In this document: piece by piece, positions 12,904-26,029 of the stretch
Numbering within the stretch: position 1 is the first letter of the stretch
How the letters are laid out: each line of letters starts with the position of its first letter
From: Octopus vulgaris
Lineage: Eukaryota
DNA: 64,000 bases
Direction of reading: 5' to 3'
NCBI GenBank assembly: GCA_951406725.2
Contig: OX597831.1
Location: 51,894,001-51,958,000, forward strand
Made by a program: the position numbers and the translations under genes
Notes under the pieces: generated by a model
What the model was told of the DNA's origin: nothing
The model's database searches: none
Seen by the model: the letters and a program-made list of their open reading frames with translations, nothing else

Positions 12904-12999
12904 TATGGCTGAGATCAAGGTCTAATATTTATTCTTAACTGTTTATATATATGTGTGTGTATATATAAACACACACACATATCCTGTTTTGCTGTTTTA

Positions 13000-13148
13000 G
13001 GCTACCATTGGTTTCATGTCAAGGAAGCCCTCAACAATTACCAAGTCTTTCACATGGAACGTCGGTGTTCGTCTCCAATTTGGATTAAAATACATGTTTT
13101 AATCCAACACATGTTGAGAGCTACCATAACATGAAATAAATGGCAGCC
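13000..13148. mobile_element. Small old MITE, possibly Kolobok-like (TTAA target)
   Basis: ~37-bp imperfect TIRs (ggctaccattggtttcatgtcaaggaagccctcaaca), flanks ttta / ttaa, internal 11-bp hairpin. Confidence 0.45.
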
Positions 13149-13799
13149 TTAATCCATAAATAATGAATCCCTATCCACTAATACGGTGTTGAGCACTCAT
13201 TCTCATTGTTCGACATTTACGGACACATACACACACACACACACACATACACACACATATATATATATGTATGTATGCATATTTACATACATATATGTAG
13301 ATACCTAAATATATATGTATATACACATGCATGTATGAGTACAGGACGCCACAAAACACGCGAACAATATGAAAAACGCGAACATAAAAAAACAAAAGAT
13401 GGAAAACTAACTTTTTTCGAACAACGAAAGAAGCAAATAGAGAGACGAGACAGGCAACATAAATAACAATCCCTTCGTCAGTTCTCCCCTGTTTTTTCCA
13501 CTCCGCGTTTCGAACGCTTGGGACAAGACGCGTCTTCGATAAAACAGTCGTTCCCGCAAAGCAAATTAAATAAAATTTAGGGTTTGCGGAGGGTTAAAGT
13601 GGTAACAAAAACAGGACAGTAAGAACAAAACAGTACAAACAAACAGTAAGGGCTGTTAAGCCATAACGAGGTGAAGTGGTGAGCGCTGGAGAAACAAGCT
13701 TTGACAGGAGACAGGCAAATTATTATATATGATCGAAGGCAAATATTGTTATATGATCGAACGCCACTTAAATTCACTTCAACATATACATTTAATTTG

Positions 13800-13888
<89 letters not shown>

Positions 13889-13890
13889 TG

Positions 13891-14080
13891 TATATAGTCA
13901 ATTCAAATAAACGAATAAACACGGACAACATGAGGACGTGCACAAGAAATGTATTAGCTTGACACTTGATGAAAGGAGAGAGTTTGACGTTTCGAGCATA
14001 GCTCTTTGTCGGAAAGGAGAAAGGGAAAAGTCTAAAGAAGGAAAAGAAATCACCAACGGCGCGTGCGTAGTTACATAGCT
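13891..14080 (-). mobile_element. pLTR or retrozyme-like short element with a degenerate hammerhead at 13983-14015
   Basis: uuu CCGACAA A GAGC uau GCUC GAAACGUC aaa. Related to 20030-20170. Confidence 0.55.
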
Positions 14081-14333
14081 GATATAGTAAGTCGTTCAGG
14101 ATGCCTTGCGTTTATTCCAGTAATTTATGTTCGGAGTTCATGTCTTGCCAAGGTAAACGTCGCCTTTCAACCTTCCGGAGTCGAAAAAAGAAAGTAACAG
14201 ACAACTACAATATAAATAACTAGTCCTCTCCGCACAAAGTTTTCTTCCTTGTGGTAGAAATAACATACGCACGCACATACATGCATACATACATACATAC
14301 ATACATACATACATACATACATACATACATACA

Positions 14334-14361
<28 letters not shown>

Positions 14362-14364
<3 letters not shown>

Positions 14365-14791
14365 GCTGAATTATTGAGAAATCTACAGTTACTCTATCCA
14401 GATTACAAGTTCAGGTTTATACTTCGTAGTTATTGGGGCACTGGGATATGTTAACACACTGCCTAGATACCAATCTTGAGAAATTAGGCTTCTCAAAACG
14501 AGAAAGGAGAAAGCTGATTCGAAGACTACAGATCCAAACCATCACTGGAAGCGTAAAGATCTGTAAAACATTTCAGACGTTTATCATTTAAATATATATG
14601 AACATGTCTAGATATGCAACTATATACGTGAGACTGCATACATAAAAATCTGCACGCATACATACATACATACATACATACATACATACCCTGTTGTTGA
14701 GGTTGAGATCCCAATGAAGGGGCCTTGGATCTAGGTTAGAAACCAGCTCTTTCTCTGTTGACAAAAATCTTGAAATAAAACTGAAAAATGA
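14362..14791 (+). mobile_element. 3' end of an R4/Dong-like (RLE-type) non-LTR retrotransposon embedded in (CATA)n
   Basis: YAELLRNLQLLYPDYKFRF…VVIGALGY…LEKLGFSKRERRKLIRRLQIQTITGSVKICKTF, then a 3' UTR also present at 26305-26416 (-). Confidence 0.8.
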
Positions 14792-15798
14792 CATACATAC
14801 ATACATACATACATACATACATACATACATACATACACAGACACGCACATTCATACCTACACACATATATGCTAGTATATAGAGGGATCTCTGAAAAATT
14901 AAGAAATGAATCTGTATTGTAAAAAATGTTGCAGAAATAATGTTAAACAAAGATATTAACTTACAAAATCTCTTTTTCTATCTGTGTGTGTGTGTGTGTG
15001 TGTATATATACATTGGAATATGTGCGTGTATGCTTGTATGTAAATGTGTGAGCGCATGTGCATTCGTGTGTGTGTATGTATGTATGTATGTATGTATGTA
15101 TGTATGTATGTATGTATGTATGTATGTGGTGTTCCTTGTTTTTCTAATTGTTATGTCAACTATTCAATTAACCGCGTTCTATAATGTAACCCACTGGCAT
15201 AATTACCACAACTCCGCTAACCCACTCACGCAGCATTCTTGTGTTTCACAATAGCCCCCTAAATAGCAAAAGAGTAAAAGAAAAAAAAACAAAAACCCTC
15301 ACTTCATATCGTCGACTACTTTCACTGCTCTTCTATAACCATTCTGTAAACCTATCGTCGCCATTTACAACCGCAAGCTCATCTACAACGAAATCCACAA
15401 TCACCACCACCAACACAACCATAAGCAGTATTATCATTTTACAACATACTTTAATAATAATAATATAGTACATGACATCTTAAGTGTTGTGCAGCGTGTA
15501 GAATATATATGTGCTTTTAGAATGTGTGTATGTGTGTGTGTGTAGCTACTTCAGATAAATGATGAGATAATAGGTTCTACACAAGCAATTAGAAAAGAAG
15601 AAGAATTATATTGTAAAATGGAAGCCGTAGAAATATAGTTACTCGGCAGAGGAATACTTATCGTCTGCTGACAAGGAAAGTGGATAAAATGTATTTTATT
15701 GCAATTTAAGTCTCGTTCTCCCGCTCTTAATTGTTAAGAAAGATATTCGTTTGTTTGTGTTTATGTGTGTTGAGGGTGTGTGCAAAAGATATATGTAT

Positions 15799-15876
<78 letters not shown>

Positions 15877-16093
15877 TTTTTGTGAAATAGAAAGATGAAT
15901 AATCTTGTTGCAGATTAATCAAAAGTTTAACCGATACCTTGGTAGCAAAAATCACAGCAGAAGACAGCACGGTTGGAGGTACAACCATATGGTGTTGCAA
16001 CCATGCGTTGGTGCGGATAATTGAATTTTAATATTATTAGTGAATTGAAGAAATGGAGTTGAACGAAGATTGAACAGAAATCGTTTTATTGCA

Positions 16094-16173
16094 TTCTACA
16101 CGTGTTTCGAAAGCCACAATTTACCAAATTCCGATTGAATAAGGAGACCATATTGTGTCTTTCTCTTCAGGAA
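16094..16173 (-). ncRNA. Type I hammerhead ribozyme motif (Penelope-like) within a 113-bp perfect inverted repeat spanning 16036-16321
   Basis: uuc-CUGAAGA-GAAAGaCACAAU…AUUGUGgCUUUC-GAAAC-ACGU-GUA-gaa. All core nucleotides are canonical. Confidence 0.75.
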
Positions 16174-16319
16174 GAAATAGGAAATCCGTTGGAAAAAACA
16201 AAAACAGAGTCTCCTTATTCAATCGGAATTTGGTAAATTGTGGCTTTCGAAACACGTGTAGAATGCAATAAAACGATTTCTGTTCAATCTTCGTTCAACT
16301 CCATTTCTTCAATTCACTA

Positions 16320-16431
<112 letters not shown>

Positions 16432-16989
16432 GAAAGAGAGAGAGGGAGAGAGAGAGAGAGAGATAGCACAGTCTCACACAAACACGTACACCAACACACA
16501 TATATATGCAAGTATATAATCATGTGTATGTATGTGTGCTTATATATATATATATGTGTATGCATATAAATGTATGTATGTGTATGTATGTGTGTATATA
16601 TGTGTATACGTTTGTGTGTACTTACACACACATACAGAAACACAGCGAGAGAGAAGAGCGAAAGAGAGAGAGAGAGAGGAGGAGGAGACGAAGATATGAA
16701 TATAATATCGAGTAGCTTAATGGTTAGGGGTATTCGGCTCACGACCTAAGGTTGTGAGTTTGATTCCAGGTGGCACGTTGTTTCTTTGAGCAAGACGCTT
16801 TATTTCTCGTCGCTCCAGTTCACTCAGCTGGTAAAGATGGAGTAGTACCTACATTAGCGTGCTCGAGGTCGAGGCACTGCGACTTCAGATTTTCCTCTAC
16901 TTTTTTCGCTCAAGTCTTCTTTGGTACGCTTCGCTGGATTCTCCAGTGCTTCGTTAGCCACCGCCACAAAAGTTGCAGGAGTGGCTATA

Positions 16990-17183
16990 GATGCAGGAGT
17001 GGCTGTGTAGTAAGTAGCTTGCTTACCAGCCACATGGTTCCGGGTTCAGTCCTACTGCGTGGCACTTTGGGCAAGTGTCTTCTACTGTAGCCTCGGGTCA
17101 ACCAAAGCCTTGTGAGTGGATTTGGTAGACGGAAACTGAAAGACTCCCGTCGTATATATGTATATACACACATATATATATAA

Positions 17184-17245
<62 letters not shown>

Positions 17246-17490
17246 ATGTATGTGTGTGTGTGTTTGTGTGTCTGTGTTTGCCCCCCCCCCCCCCAACATC
17301 GCTTGACAACCGATGCTGGTGTGTTTACGTCCCCGTAACTTAGCGGTTCGGCAAAAGAGACCGATACAATAAGTACTAGGCTGCTTACAAAGAATAAGTC
17401 CTGGGGTCGATTTGCTCGACTAAAGGCGGTGCTCCAGCATGGCCGCAGTCAAATGACTGAAACAAGTAAAAGAGTAAAAGCGTAAAAAAG
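16990..17490 (+). mobile_element. SINE family A (tRNA head, CORE-like domain, internal microsatellite, CR1-like tail), full length
   Basis: gggttcagtcc B-box, ggcac(c/t)ttgggcaagtgtctt CORE-like segment, tail ccagcatggccgcagtcaaatgactgaaacaagtaaaagag. Confidence 0.9.
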
Positions 17491-17524
17491 CAAATGAAAG
17501 ATTACTTGGAAATACTTTCATTTA

Positions 17525-17878
17525 TTATTCATAGCTTTTCAGTCGTATTTGTTTGTTTGTTTGTTTGTCCGTGGACAAGATATCTCAAGAACTGCTGGAT
17601 GGATTCGGATGAAACTTTCGGGTATGTTTGGCCTCGTGACTGGTACGAACTGATTAGATTTTGGGACCGATCAGGTTCCGGACAAAGATTCTGGATTATT
17701 TTTCCGTTTTTTTTAATTTAATTTTTGGGGGTGGTCGGGTTCATTTTTAGTATTCTCATTTGTGAGAGCAGTCGAGTTTATTTCAGATATTCTCATTTTA
17801 AAAATCATCTCCGACTAATCGTTGAGAGGACGTTGGTGTTGCATTGGCGGAGGTTTGCGTTCTCTGAGTGTTCTTGTT
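17525..17878 (+). mobile_element. Helentron-associated (HINE/DINE-like) non-autonomous element
   Basis: (GTTT)n near the 5' end, ggatggattcggatgaaacttt core, 3' end ttggcggaggtttgcgttctctgagtgttcttgtt. Confidence 0.6.
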
Positions 17879-18046
17879 ATATTCCATTTTGATAAAGATT
17901 GTTTGCCAACATGGCATTCCTGGTTTAGGACGGATGTTGCTGTCATTTAGCCCCAGGAGACTAGGGGGTCTAGGAAGGATTTTATAACACGCCTTGTGTC
18001 TCTATCTAATCTTCAGGCTCCGAACATGGTCTATTCAATTTACAAA

Positions 18047-18351
18047 TCAGTCTCTTTTGCCGAACCGCTAAGTTACGGGGACGTAAACACACCAGCATCG
18101 GTTGTCAAGCGATGTGGGGGGGGGGGGCAAACACACACACACACAAACATACACACATATATATATATATTTATTTATACATATATACAACGGGCTTCTT
18201 TCAGTTTCCGTCTCCCAAATCCACTCACAAGGCTTTGGTCGGCCCGAGGTTATAGTAGAAGACACTTGCCCAAGGTGCCACGCAGTGGGACTGAATCCGG
18301 AACCATGTGGTTTTTAAGCAAGCTACTTACCACACAGCCACTCCTACGCCT
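18047..18351 (-). mobile_element. SINE family A, 3'-truncated
   Basis: Reverse-complement match to family A. Confidence 0.88.
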
Positions 18352-18374
18352 GTGCCTATATATGTGTGCGTATG

Positions 18375-18426
<52 letters not shown>

Positions 18427-18642
18427 TGTAACAAAAGAATATACATATAAAGGCTGGTAGAATCGTTAACACGTCGATTGAAATTTTGATCTTAATATTC
18501 TGAGTTAAATTTCGCTGTGGTCCACTTAGCCTTTTATCCTTTCGGCGTCGGTGATATAGGTAGCAGTTGAGTACTGGGGTAGATGTAATCAACTAACTTC
18601 CTTCCCTTTAAATTTTTCCAGCTTTGTGTCAAGATTTGAAAC

Positions 18643-18688
<46 letters not shown>

Positions 18689-18696
18689 TGTACGTA

Positions 18697-19080
18697 TACT
18701 CTTTACTCTTTTACTTGTTTCAGTCATTTGACTGTGGCCATGCTGGAGCACCGCCTTCAGTCGAGCAAATCGACTCCAGGACTTATTCTTTGTAAGCCTA
18801 GTGCTTATTCTATCGGGCTCTCTTGCCGAAACGCTAAGTTACGGGAACGTAAATACACCAGCATCGGTTGTCAAGCGATGTTCGGGGGACAAACACAGAC
18901 ACACAAACATATACACATATAGACATACATATATATATATATATACGACGGGGTTCTTTCACAAGGCTTTGGTCGGCCCGAAGCTATAGAAGACACTTGC
19001 CCAAGGTGCCACGCAGTGGGACTGAACCCGGAACCATGTGGTTCGTAAGCAAGCTACTTACCACACAGCCACTCCTACGT
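18697..19080 (-). mobile_element. SINE family A
   Basis: Reverse-complement match with a small internal deletion. Confidence 0.88.
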
Positions 19081-19587
19081 ATGTGTGTGTATTATATATA
19101 CATATATATGTATACATATCTAATCGTAATACACACACAAACATGCACACAATCATTCTCACACCCGCACATCCTTTCTGACGTGTCATAAGCGCCTCTA
19201 TCTCTAATTTTCATTGCTATGATATGATGAAAAATTGTCAGAGATACGGCAGACAATATCGATGAAGATATGGTGGCAAAGGTGGAGGCGGTATCGAGTT
19301 TTAAATTTGAGATTGAGTGGATAGAGGTATTAGTGTTGGTAAGTTTTATTACTCCACGACCTCATAATGATAGCACTGTTAACAAATAGCTATATATATC
19401 TTTGCTTATGGCAGATGATATCAGCTCGGAGTTAAGAGGATTGTACAGCTAATGCTTTAGATCAGGATTGTGTTTGCAAATTTAAGTGGATGAAAGACGA
19501 GACAATTTCCCATCAGTATAAGACGCCTGTCTCTCATAAGTGATATTATTCTGTGTGTGCACACACACAGACACGCGCTTCTTTCTT

Positions 19588-19618
<31 letters not shown>

Positions 19619-19845
19619 CACATACATCCATACACATATATACATACACGCACACGCACACGTACACACACGCGCGTATTCTCTTTCATTTTCTATTTCT
19701 CTCTCTCTCTTTGTCTTTCTCTAGGTATCTCTTTATCAATCTATCTATCTTTATAGATATATTTGCATGTGTGTATATCTATGTTTGTATATATAGATGT
19801 ATGTATATATGTATGTGTATATATATATATATGTGTATGTATGTA

Positions 19846-19894
<49 letters not shown>

Positions 19895-19900
19895 AAATAT

Positions 19901-19940
<40 letters not shown>

Positions 19941-20040
19941 GTATATATATATATATACATATATGACATATATGTATGTATATATCTGTATATATATTTA
20001 TGTATATATATAAGTATATATGTATATATATGTTTCTATG

Positions 20041-20073
20041 TTTCTGACGAAGAGCTCCGCTCGAAACGTTAAA
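20041..20073 (+). ncRNA. Minimal hammerhead ribozyme motif in a pLTR or retrozyme-like element (20030-20170)
   Basis: uuu CUGACGA A GAGC ucc GCUC GAAACGUU aaa, with palindromic ACGU in place of stem III. Flanked by TA-rich microsatellites. Confidence 0.65.
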
Positions 20074-20225
20074 TCCTTTCTTTCCTTTCCTGAGCGTCCA
20101 CTAACACTATACTTGTTCCACGTCGCCGCGTTGTTGTGTTTTCTCTTTCTGTTTTCATGTTTGGATTAACTATATATATATATATGTATATATATATCTT
20201 TTCCAACCATCTGAGAGAGACAAAA

Positions 20226-20256
<31 letters not shown>

Positions 20257-20270
20257 TGTATGTATGTATG

Positions 20271-20300
<30 letters not shown>

Positions 20301-20301
<1 letters not shown>

Positions 20302-20510
20302 TTCGGCAGGAGGACTTAAACGACATGCAAAGGTACATGAAGCCCAGTTACAACTACATCCAGCTATTACCGGTAATGGTTTTAGTTGCCAATTCTGTAC
20401 AAGACATTGTAGATCTTTGGCTGGGCTAAAAAGTCACATTCGATCACAGCACCAGTAACAGTTAAGCTTCGTGCAATGGCCATACTCGATAACGAGGGGG
20501 CAGCCATAAT
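20301..20510 (+). mobile_element. 3' end of an RTE-clade LINE with a C-terminal C2H2-like finger and (TATG)n tail
   Basis: FSCQFCTRHCRSLAGLKSHIRSQHQ*, short UTR ending cgagggggcagccat, then (tgta)n. Confidence 0.7.
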
Positions 20511-20620
20511 GTTTGTATGTATGTATGTATGTATGTATGTATGTATGTATGTATGTATGTATGTATGTGTGTATGTATGTATGTCACAGAAAGACTCTGA
20601 AACGGTGTGTCTTCTAGAAA

Positions 20621-20853
20621 TAGGCGGCGAGCTGGCAGAAACGTTAGCACGCCGGGCGAAATGCGTAGCCGTATTTCGTCTGTCGTTACGTTCTGAGTTC
20701 AAATTCCGCCGAGGTCGACTATGCCTTTCATCCTTTCGGGGTCGATAAATTAAGTACCAGTTACGCACTGGGGTCGATGTAATCGATTTAATACCTATGT
20801 CTGTCCTTGTTTGTCCCCTCTGTCTTTAGCCCCTTGTGGGTAATAAAGAAATA
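20621..20853 (+). mobile_element. SINE family B
   Basis: 17-bp TSD ggtgtgtcttctagaaa at 20604-20 and 20854-70. Confidence 0.92.
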
Positions 20854-21427
20854 GGTGTGTCTTCTAGAAAAACGGATTTGGTTTTCGAAATCGGCGGCAT
20901 GTTTTTCGGTTATAATTAATCAAAAAATATAATTTGCTACGAGAAATCACTCAACTTTTAAATCGCCAAATCTACTACTCTATATCTGTCTCTATCTTGC
21001 TCTCTCTGTCTTCCCTGTCTCCATATGTTTACCACACTCTTTATCATTCTCCTTTTTGCCTCTCTCACTCTCTCTCATTCTACCCCACTCCCTCCTCTCT
21101 CTCTCTCTCTCTCACTTCCCCCCTCTCTCTCTCGGTATATGTATATATCTCACCCATGTTGCTCCCCCACTGTCTCCTCCTCGATCTCTTGATATGACAT
21201 GTAAATGCGTTTATTTTGCTTAAAACTTCGTCGTTGTATTTTACTTTCATTTTGTGATGCACAGCTTATCACACAGAAAATGCTAAATTCCAAGTTGGGT
21301 AAACATAAGTACCGAAGTCGATGTCTTCGTCTGAACCCATCTAGGTGGAACCCCAGCATGGACGTCGTCCAATGACTGAAACTAGTAAATGAAAAAAAAA
21401 AAAAAAATATATATATATACATACAAG

Positions 21428-21467
<40 letters not shown>

Positions 21468-21639
21468 AATGTGAGTGTGTGTGTATATATATAAATATAA
21501 AGTAAGATAGGGGTTATGGGCGTAATATTTTTGTATGCTTTTGTTGTTCTAATTTGTAAAATGAATAAATAATCCAACATTATAATATCTGTAAATTGAT
21601 GAACAAACCAAATTTGTTTCTCCATTTTCTTATTTGTAT

Positions 21640-21680
<41 letters not shown>

Positions 21681-21682
<2 letters not shown>

Positions 21683-21964
21683 AGGCGCAATGGCCCAGGG
21701 GTTAGGATCGCGGTTTCGATTCCCAGACTGGGCATTGTAAGTTTATTGAGCGAAAACACCTAAATCTGTACGAAGCTCCGGCAGAGGGTGGTGGCGATAC
21801 CTTCTGTACTCTTTCGCCACAACTTTCTCTCACTCTTTCCTCTGTTGGCCTGCTCGCTTAGCAAGCGGGGTGGCGTCATTTGAAGACTAAAACAATGCGA
21901 AGCACATTGTGACCAGCGATGTGTCACATCTGGTAGCCTGGTCGGTCACGGTGATCACGGTGAT
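21681..21964 (+). mobile_element. SINE with a family C head and a different 3' tail
   Basis: The first ~160 nt match 25662ff, then diverge and end gtcacggtgatcacggtgat. Confidence 0.75.
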
Positions 21965-22012
21965 ATATATATAATTTAATATTTTTTGTGTTTTTCTTTT
22001 TCTTCTTTTCAG

Positions 22013-22084
22013 ATTTGGACGTTACTGTTCCGAGATATTCCGCGCTATACGATTGATAGTTGATCCTGGGATCCATGCGTTCGG
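22013..22084 (+). CDS. DUF885-family protein exon (FGRYCSEIFRAIRLIVDPGIHAF[G])
   Basis: Polypyrimidine tract plus cag| acceptor, |gtaggt donor, phase 2/2. Matches the family motif RAxRLVVDTGIH. Preceded by a 16-kb intron. Confidence 0.9.
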
Positions 22085-22390
22085 GTAGGTTACCAGAATA
22101 TATTGAAGTTCTATCCAGATAACGATATGACCGAATCTACTTATGTTAACCCTTTGTCTCGCGTACGCGCGCACACAAATCTATGTGTGCTTAGTGTGTA
22201 TGTGCACGTCTGTGTATATATGTGCGTGTGTACATGTGTGTGTACGTCTGTGTATGTGCATGTGTGTGCGTGTGTACGTATGTTTGTGTATGTCTGTGTA
22301 TCTGTGTATTGTTTCGTTGAAGTGGTTTTAATACCTGACTCTTGAAATGTGTTATAGGCTGGTTAGAAAGCACAGTGTTAATCCTAAATA

Positions 22391-22911
22391 CCGTAAATCC
22401 TCGAGTATAGTCCGCCCTTGAGTATAATACGCAGGGGATTTTTAGGGGGCTGTACCTCTGAAAAACCTAAACCTTGTGTATAATACGCACCTCTTCTCTA
22501 ACTTGTTCGTACATAATTAAGCCAGCAGCACCTAGTCGAAAAAACACTTCCACGCATGCGTAATACAATAATGGTAGTGTTCTTAACTGTTATATGGGAA
22601 TGTAAATATGTTTGCAAACTGTTTTTGTTACATGTTATTCTGTGTTCTGAATACTTTTATTTTAATAAATGGTGCTTACTGCAAGTTATGGATGATTCTT
22701 TTAAGACTTCATTGCTTTCAGGCTTAGCTTAAGGTATTTTCTCGCCCGACATCACAAAATGCGTCTGAATAAACATTGCCGGACAGCAAATAGAGACTCG
22801 GACATTGCTTAGAAAATAATTTTCATTTTTAACCTCGTATATAGTACTCACTAGGGATTTTGACCTTTAAATTTCGGGGAAAAAATGCGGATTATACTCG
22901 AGGATTTACGG
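22391..22911. mobile_element. pogo/Tc2-like MITE
   Basis: TA TSD and 25-bp TIRs CCGTAAATCCTCGAGTATA(G/A)TCCGC. Confidence 0.88.
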
Positions 22912-23249
22912 TATGTCAACAGTGACTCGAAAGACATAGTCATCTGTATCAAAACAGTGACGATAACAATGATGATGACGATATTCGTCATAATGAAACG
23001 AATGTCTTCTTTATTCAGATCCATTCGTTAGAAGGATTTCAGTAAATGAAGTAAAACAATCCCCACCAAACAAAAGAAAAAATGCGGTAAATATATTAAT
23101 ATTAACACTCAAATAGCAGAAAAATAAAAATAACATTCCAACATGAAAAACATAATATAATAAACATGTTCAACAGCTACAACAGTATGCAAGCGTGTAC
23201 GACTTTAATCGTTAAATATGAATACCGAAACGCAATACTTTATAGTGGA

Positions 23250-24690
23250 TCTTAGTGTAGAACATTTTGCTGAAAAACAGAAGCAAAGCAGTATTTTTCA
23301 CAAGACGAAGCCACCCTACCTAAGAGAAACTTTGTTTTTGCTAAGGCAATGAGCGAGTTCCTCGTTCGATCTAAGGAAAACATGGAAAAAGCCCTGACAG
23401 ATATTTTAAATGAAATCTCCTTTATTGGAAGAGAGTGAGGGTATATGGTATCATATGCATCATCTTTAAAAGAGAAGATGAGTCTTAACCGCAAACCCAA
23501 ATTGCATTCGCAGTATTTAGGAAGAATGACAAGGATCGTCAGAGGCATCGGTGATGATATTACCCCTTGGTTAGTAGTCACTTTCGAGGTGGTATCAAAA
23601 GGTCCCCGGATTAGTTATGTTTAATAAAAAGACAACTTATTTACCTAAGTATTAACATCATCTCCTTCGAAATAGTCACCTTGCGCAGCAATACAACGGT
23701 CCCAACGTTCCAACGTTCTTCCCACTTTTGGAATCCGGCCTGGAAGTTGTTTTCCGTAAGCGGGTCGAGGACCCTCTGTGGTTCGCTCTGGATCTCGACA
23801 ACGGTGTTAAAACGAAGACCTTTGAGCTGTATTTTTATCTTGGGGAAGAGATAGAAGTCCACAAGGACTAAATCTGGCGAATTTTTTGGCGAGAAACTCA
23901 CGTGTGAGGAGAAGTGGGTGAAGATTCCAGTTCTTCGCGCTCTACATATCCGGTTGCTTTCGCCGAATATCTTCCCTCAAACGCTTCAAAACGTTACAGT
24001 AGAACTCTCTATTGGCGGTCTGGCCCTGGGGAACGAATTCTCGATGCACAATACCACATTTCTTGGGGTGACGCTCGAGACAGGTCTTCCAGGGACGTTC
24101 TTCCGCTTTTGAAGCGCCCGTCCCACTCGAAACATTGCGTACGACCCCATTGCCCCATCGCCGTAAGCTCGCTGAAGCATGTTCAGTGCCTCTGTAGCAG
24201 ACATCCCAAGTATAATGCAAAATTTTACGTTGGTTCTTTGTTCCTGTCCGTGACAAAACTACTTACTACAGCATGCACGTGATCACAAAAACACAAATTT
24301 CACAAGTTGCGAACTAAACACAGCGATGTCACTCATCACACTGCCTCATGAAGGTTACTTGCTAGCTCTCACTGTGCATGCAACCGTGTTCTGCCATCTG
24401 TTGGTGCGGTACGGAACTAGTCCGGGAACTTTTTGATACCACCTTGTTCGTTCAACAATATAGGCATTTGGTCGGTGCAGGCGTAAAATTTAGCGATATT
24501 TGATCGAATGGAATAACTTTGGACATACAAATCCCCGTGACCCCGCAAAACCACAAAACAGCATCAGTACTGATTCTGCAGAGGGTACAGAGTGAAAAAC
24601 CTTTAAGTTCAGCATCGAAGGTAGATGGCACTGTTGCTACTCGTGTGACTATAAAGTCCTGCTATAGAGAAAGCCTACAGAGAAAGCCTA
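23250..24690 (+). mobile_element. Decayed LINE ORF1 (gag-like) remnant interrupted by a mariner
   Basis: …SQYLGRMTRIVRGIGDDITPWLVVT before the mariner and FKFSIEGRWHCCYSC (start of a zinc knuckle) after it. Confidence 0.45.
23585..24446 (-). mobile_element. Internally deleted mariner transposon
   Basis: ~30-bp TIRs C(G/A)AGGTGGTATCAAAA…CCGGA. Peptides SATEALNMLQRAYGD, GIVHREFVPQGQTANREFYCNVLKRLRE and SPDLVLVDFYLFPKIK. Confidence 0.88.
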
Positions 24691-24691
24691 T

Positions 24692-25034
24692 AGGCGCACG
24701 AGTGGATGTGTGGTAAGTAGCTTGCTTACCAACCACATGGTTCCGGGTTCAGTCCCACTGCGTGGCACCTTGGGCAAGTGTCTTCTACTATAGCCTCGGG
24801 CCGACCAAAGCCTTGTGAGTGGATCTGGTAGACGGAAACTGAAAGAAGCCCGTCGTATATATGTATATATATATATGTGTGTGTGTGTGTGTTTGTGTGT
24901 CTGTGTTTGTCCTCCCAACATCGCTTGACAACCGATACTAGGCTTACAAAAAAAAAAGTCCTCGGGTCGATTTGCTCGACTAAAGGCGGTGCTCCAGCAT
25001 GGCCGCAGTCAAATGATTGAAACTAGTAAAAGAA
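24692..25034 (+). mobile_element. SINE family A with internal deletion
   Basis: Matches the family A head and tail. Confidence 0.9.
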
Positions 25035-25661
25035 GAACGAAATCCACAACAATAGCAACAAATTATGGAGGTTATCGTGACTTCTTATTGCTTAGAGTAA
25101 ACCATAAGACACAAGAACGTCTTCTTCCAGCTACAACCGGTGAAGATAAAGATTTACAGAAGCTACAACAGAAGCGAGAACTAAGCAATCTAGAAGTACC
25201 GCCACATAGCAGTAGTTTCTAGGATCGCGGCCAGATAGAGGTCGAAAGAGATAAGCAAATTATTTTGTGGGGTGGGGAAGACGGGAAAAGACATAGCAGA
25301 AAAAAAATTTAAAGCGCAATAAAAAGCGCAAGAAAGGATACATTTCTTATGACAAGGAGACACACTCTGCTGCTGAAGAAGTAATCACTAATGAGGGTGA
25401 GCCTACACCCTATGAGAAGGAGCTATTCTCTTCCCTAAACGAAATGAAACAACCCTTCGGGAAAACAACCCACAAAGATATACTCACATAGAGCAAATAT
25501 ATCACCTAGTTATAGACAAAGTAAAGATCGAGGAAGAATGAGGTCATTTTTAAACAGAATACGGACAGACATTTTGTGCAAATTTCGGATAGATATGATG
25601 TGTTATGTCAGCTATCTACAGGACATGGGCCGGGTCCTCACTTACCCACTATAACCCAAGA

Positions 25662-26029
25662 GTGGAGGCGCAATGGCCCAGTGGTCATAGGATCGCGGTT
25701 TCGATTCCCAGACCGGGCGTTGTGAGTGTTTATTGAGCGAAAACACCTAAAGCTCCACAAGGCTCCGGCAAGGGATGGTGGCGAACCCTGCTGTACTCTT
25801 TCACCACAACTTTCTCTCACTCTTACTTCCTGTTTCTGTTGTACCTGTATTTCAAAGGGCCGGCCTTGTCACTCTCTGTGTCACGCTGAATATCCCCGAG
25901 AACTACGTTAAGGGTACACGTGTCTGTGGAGTGCTCAGCCACTTACACGTTAATTTCACGAGCAGGCTGTTCCGTTGATTCGGATCAACCGGAACCCTCG
26001 TCGTCGTAACCGACGGAGTGCTTCCATCC
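25662..26029 (+). mobile_element. SINE family C (ggaggcgcaatggcccagtgg…cggagtgcttccat), young
   Basis: 11-bp TSD ataacccaaga, near-identical to the 31024 and 51194 copies. Confidence 0.92.

Noticed and set aside
20091-20097. Downstream GAGC(G/C) as a switch competing with hammerhead stem II
   Set aside because: The apparent covariation between the 20041 and 1029 copies is not kept in the 40354 copy, so the evidence is too thin.
20301-20458. Host C2H2 zinc-finger gene exon
   Set aside because: No acceptor site, no TGEKP linkers, and it ends in an RTE-type tail.
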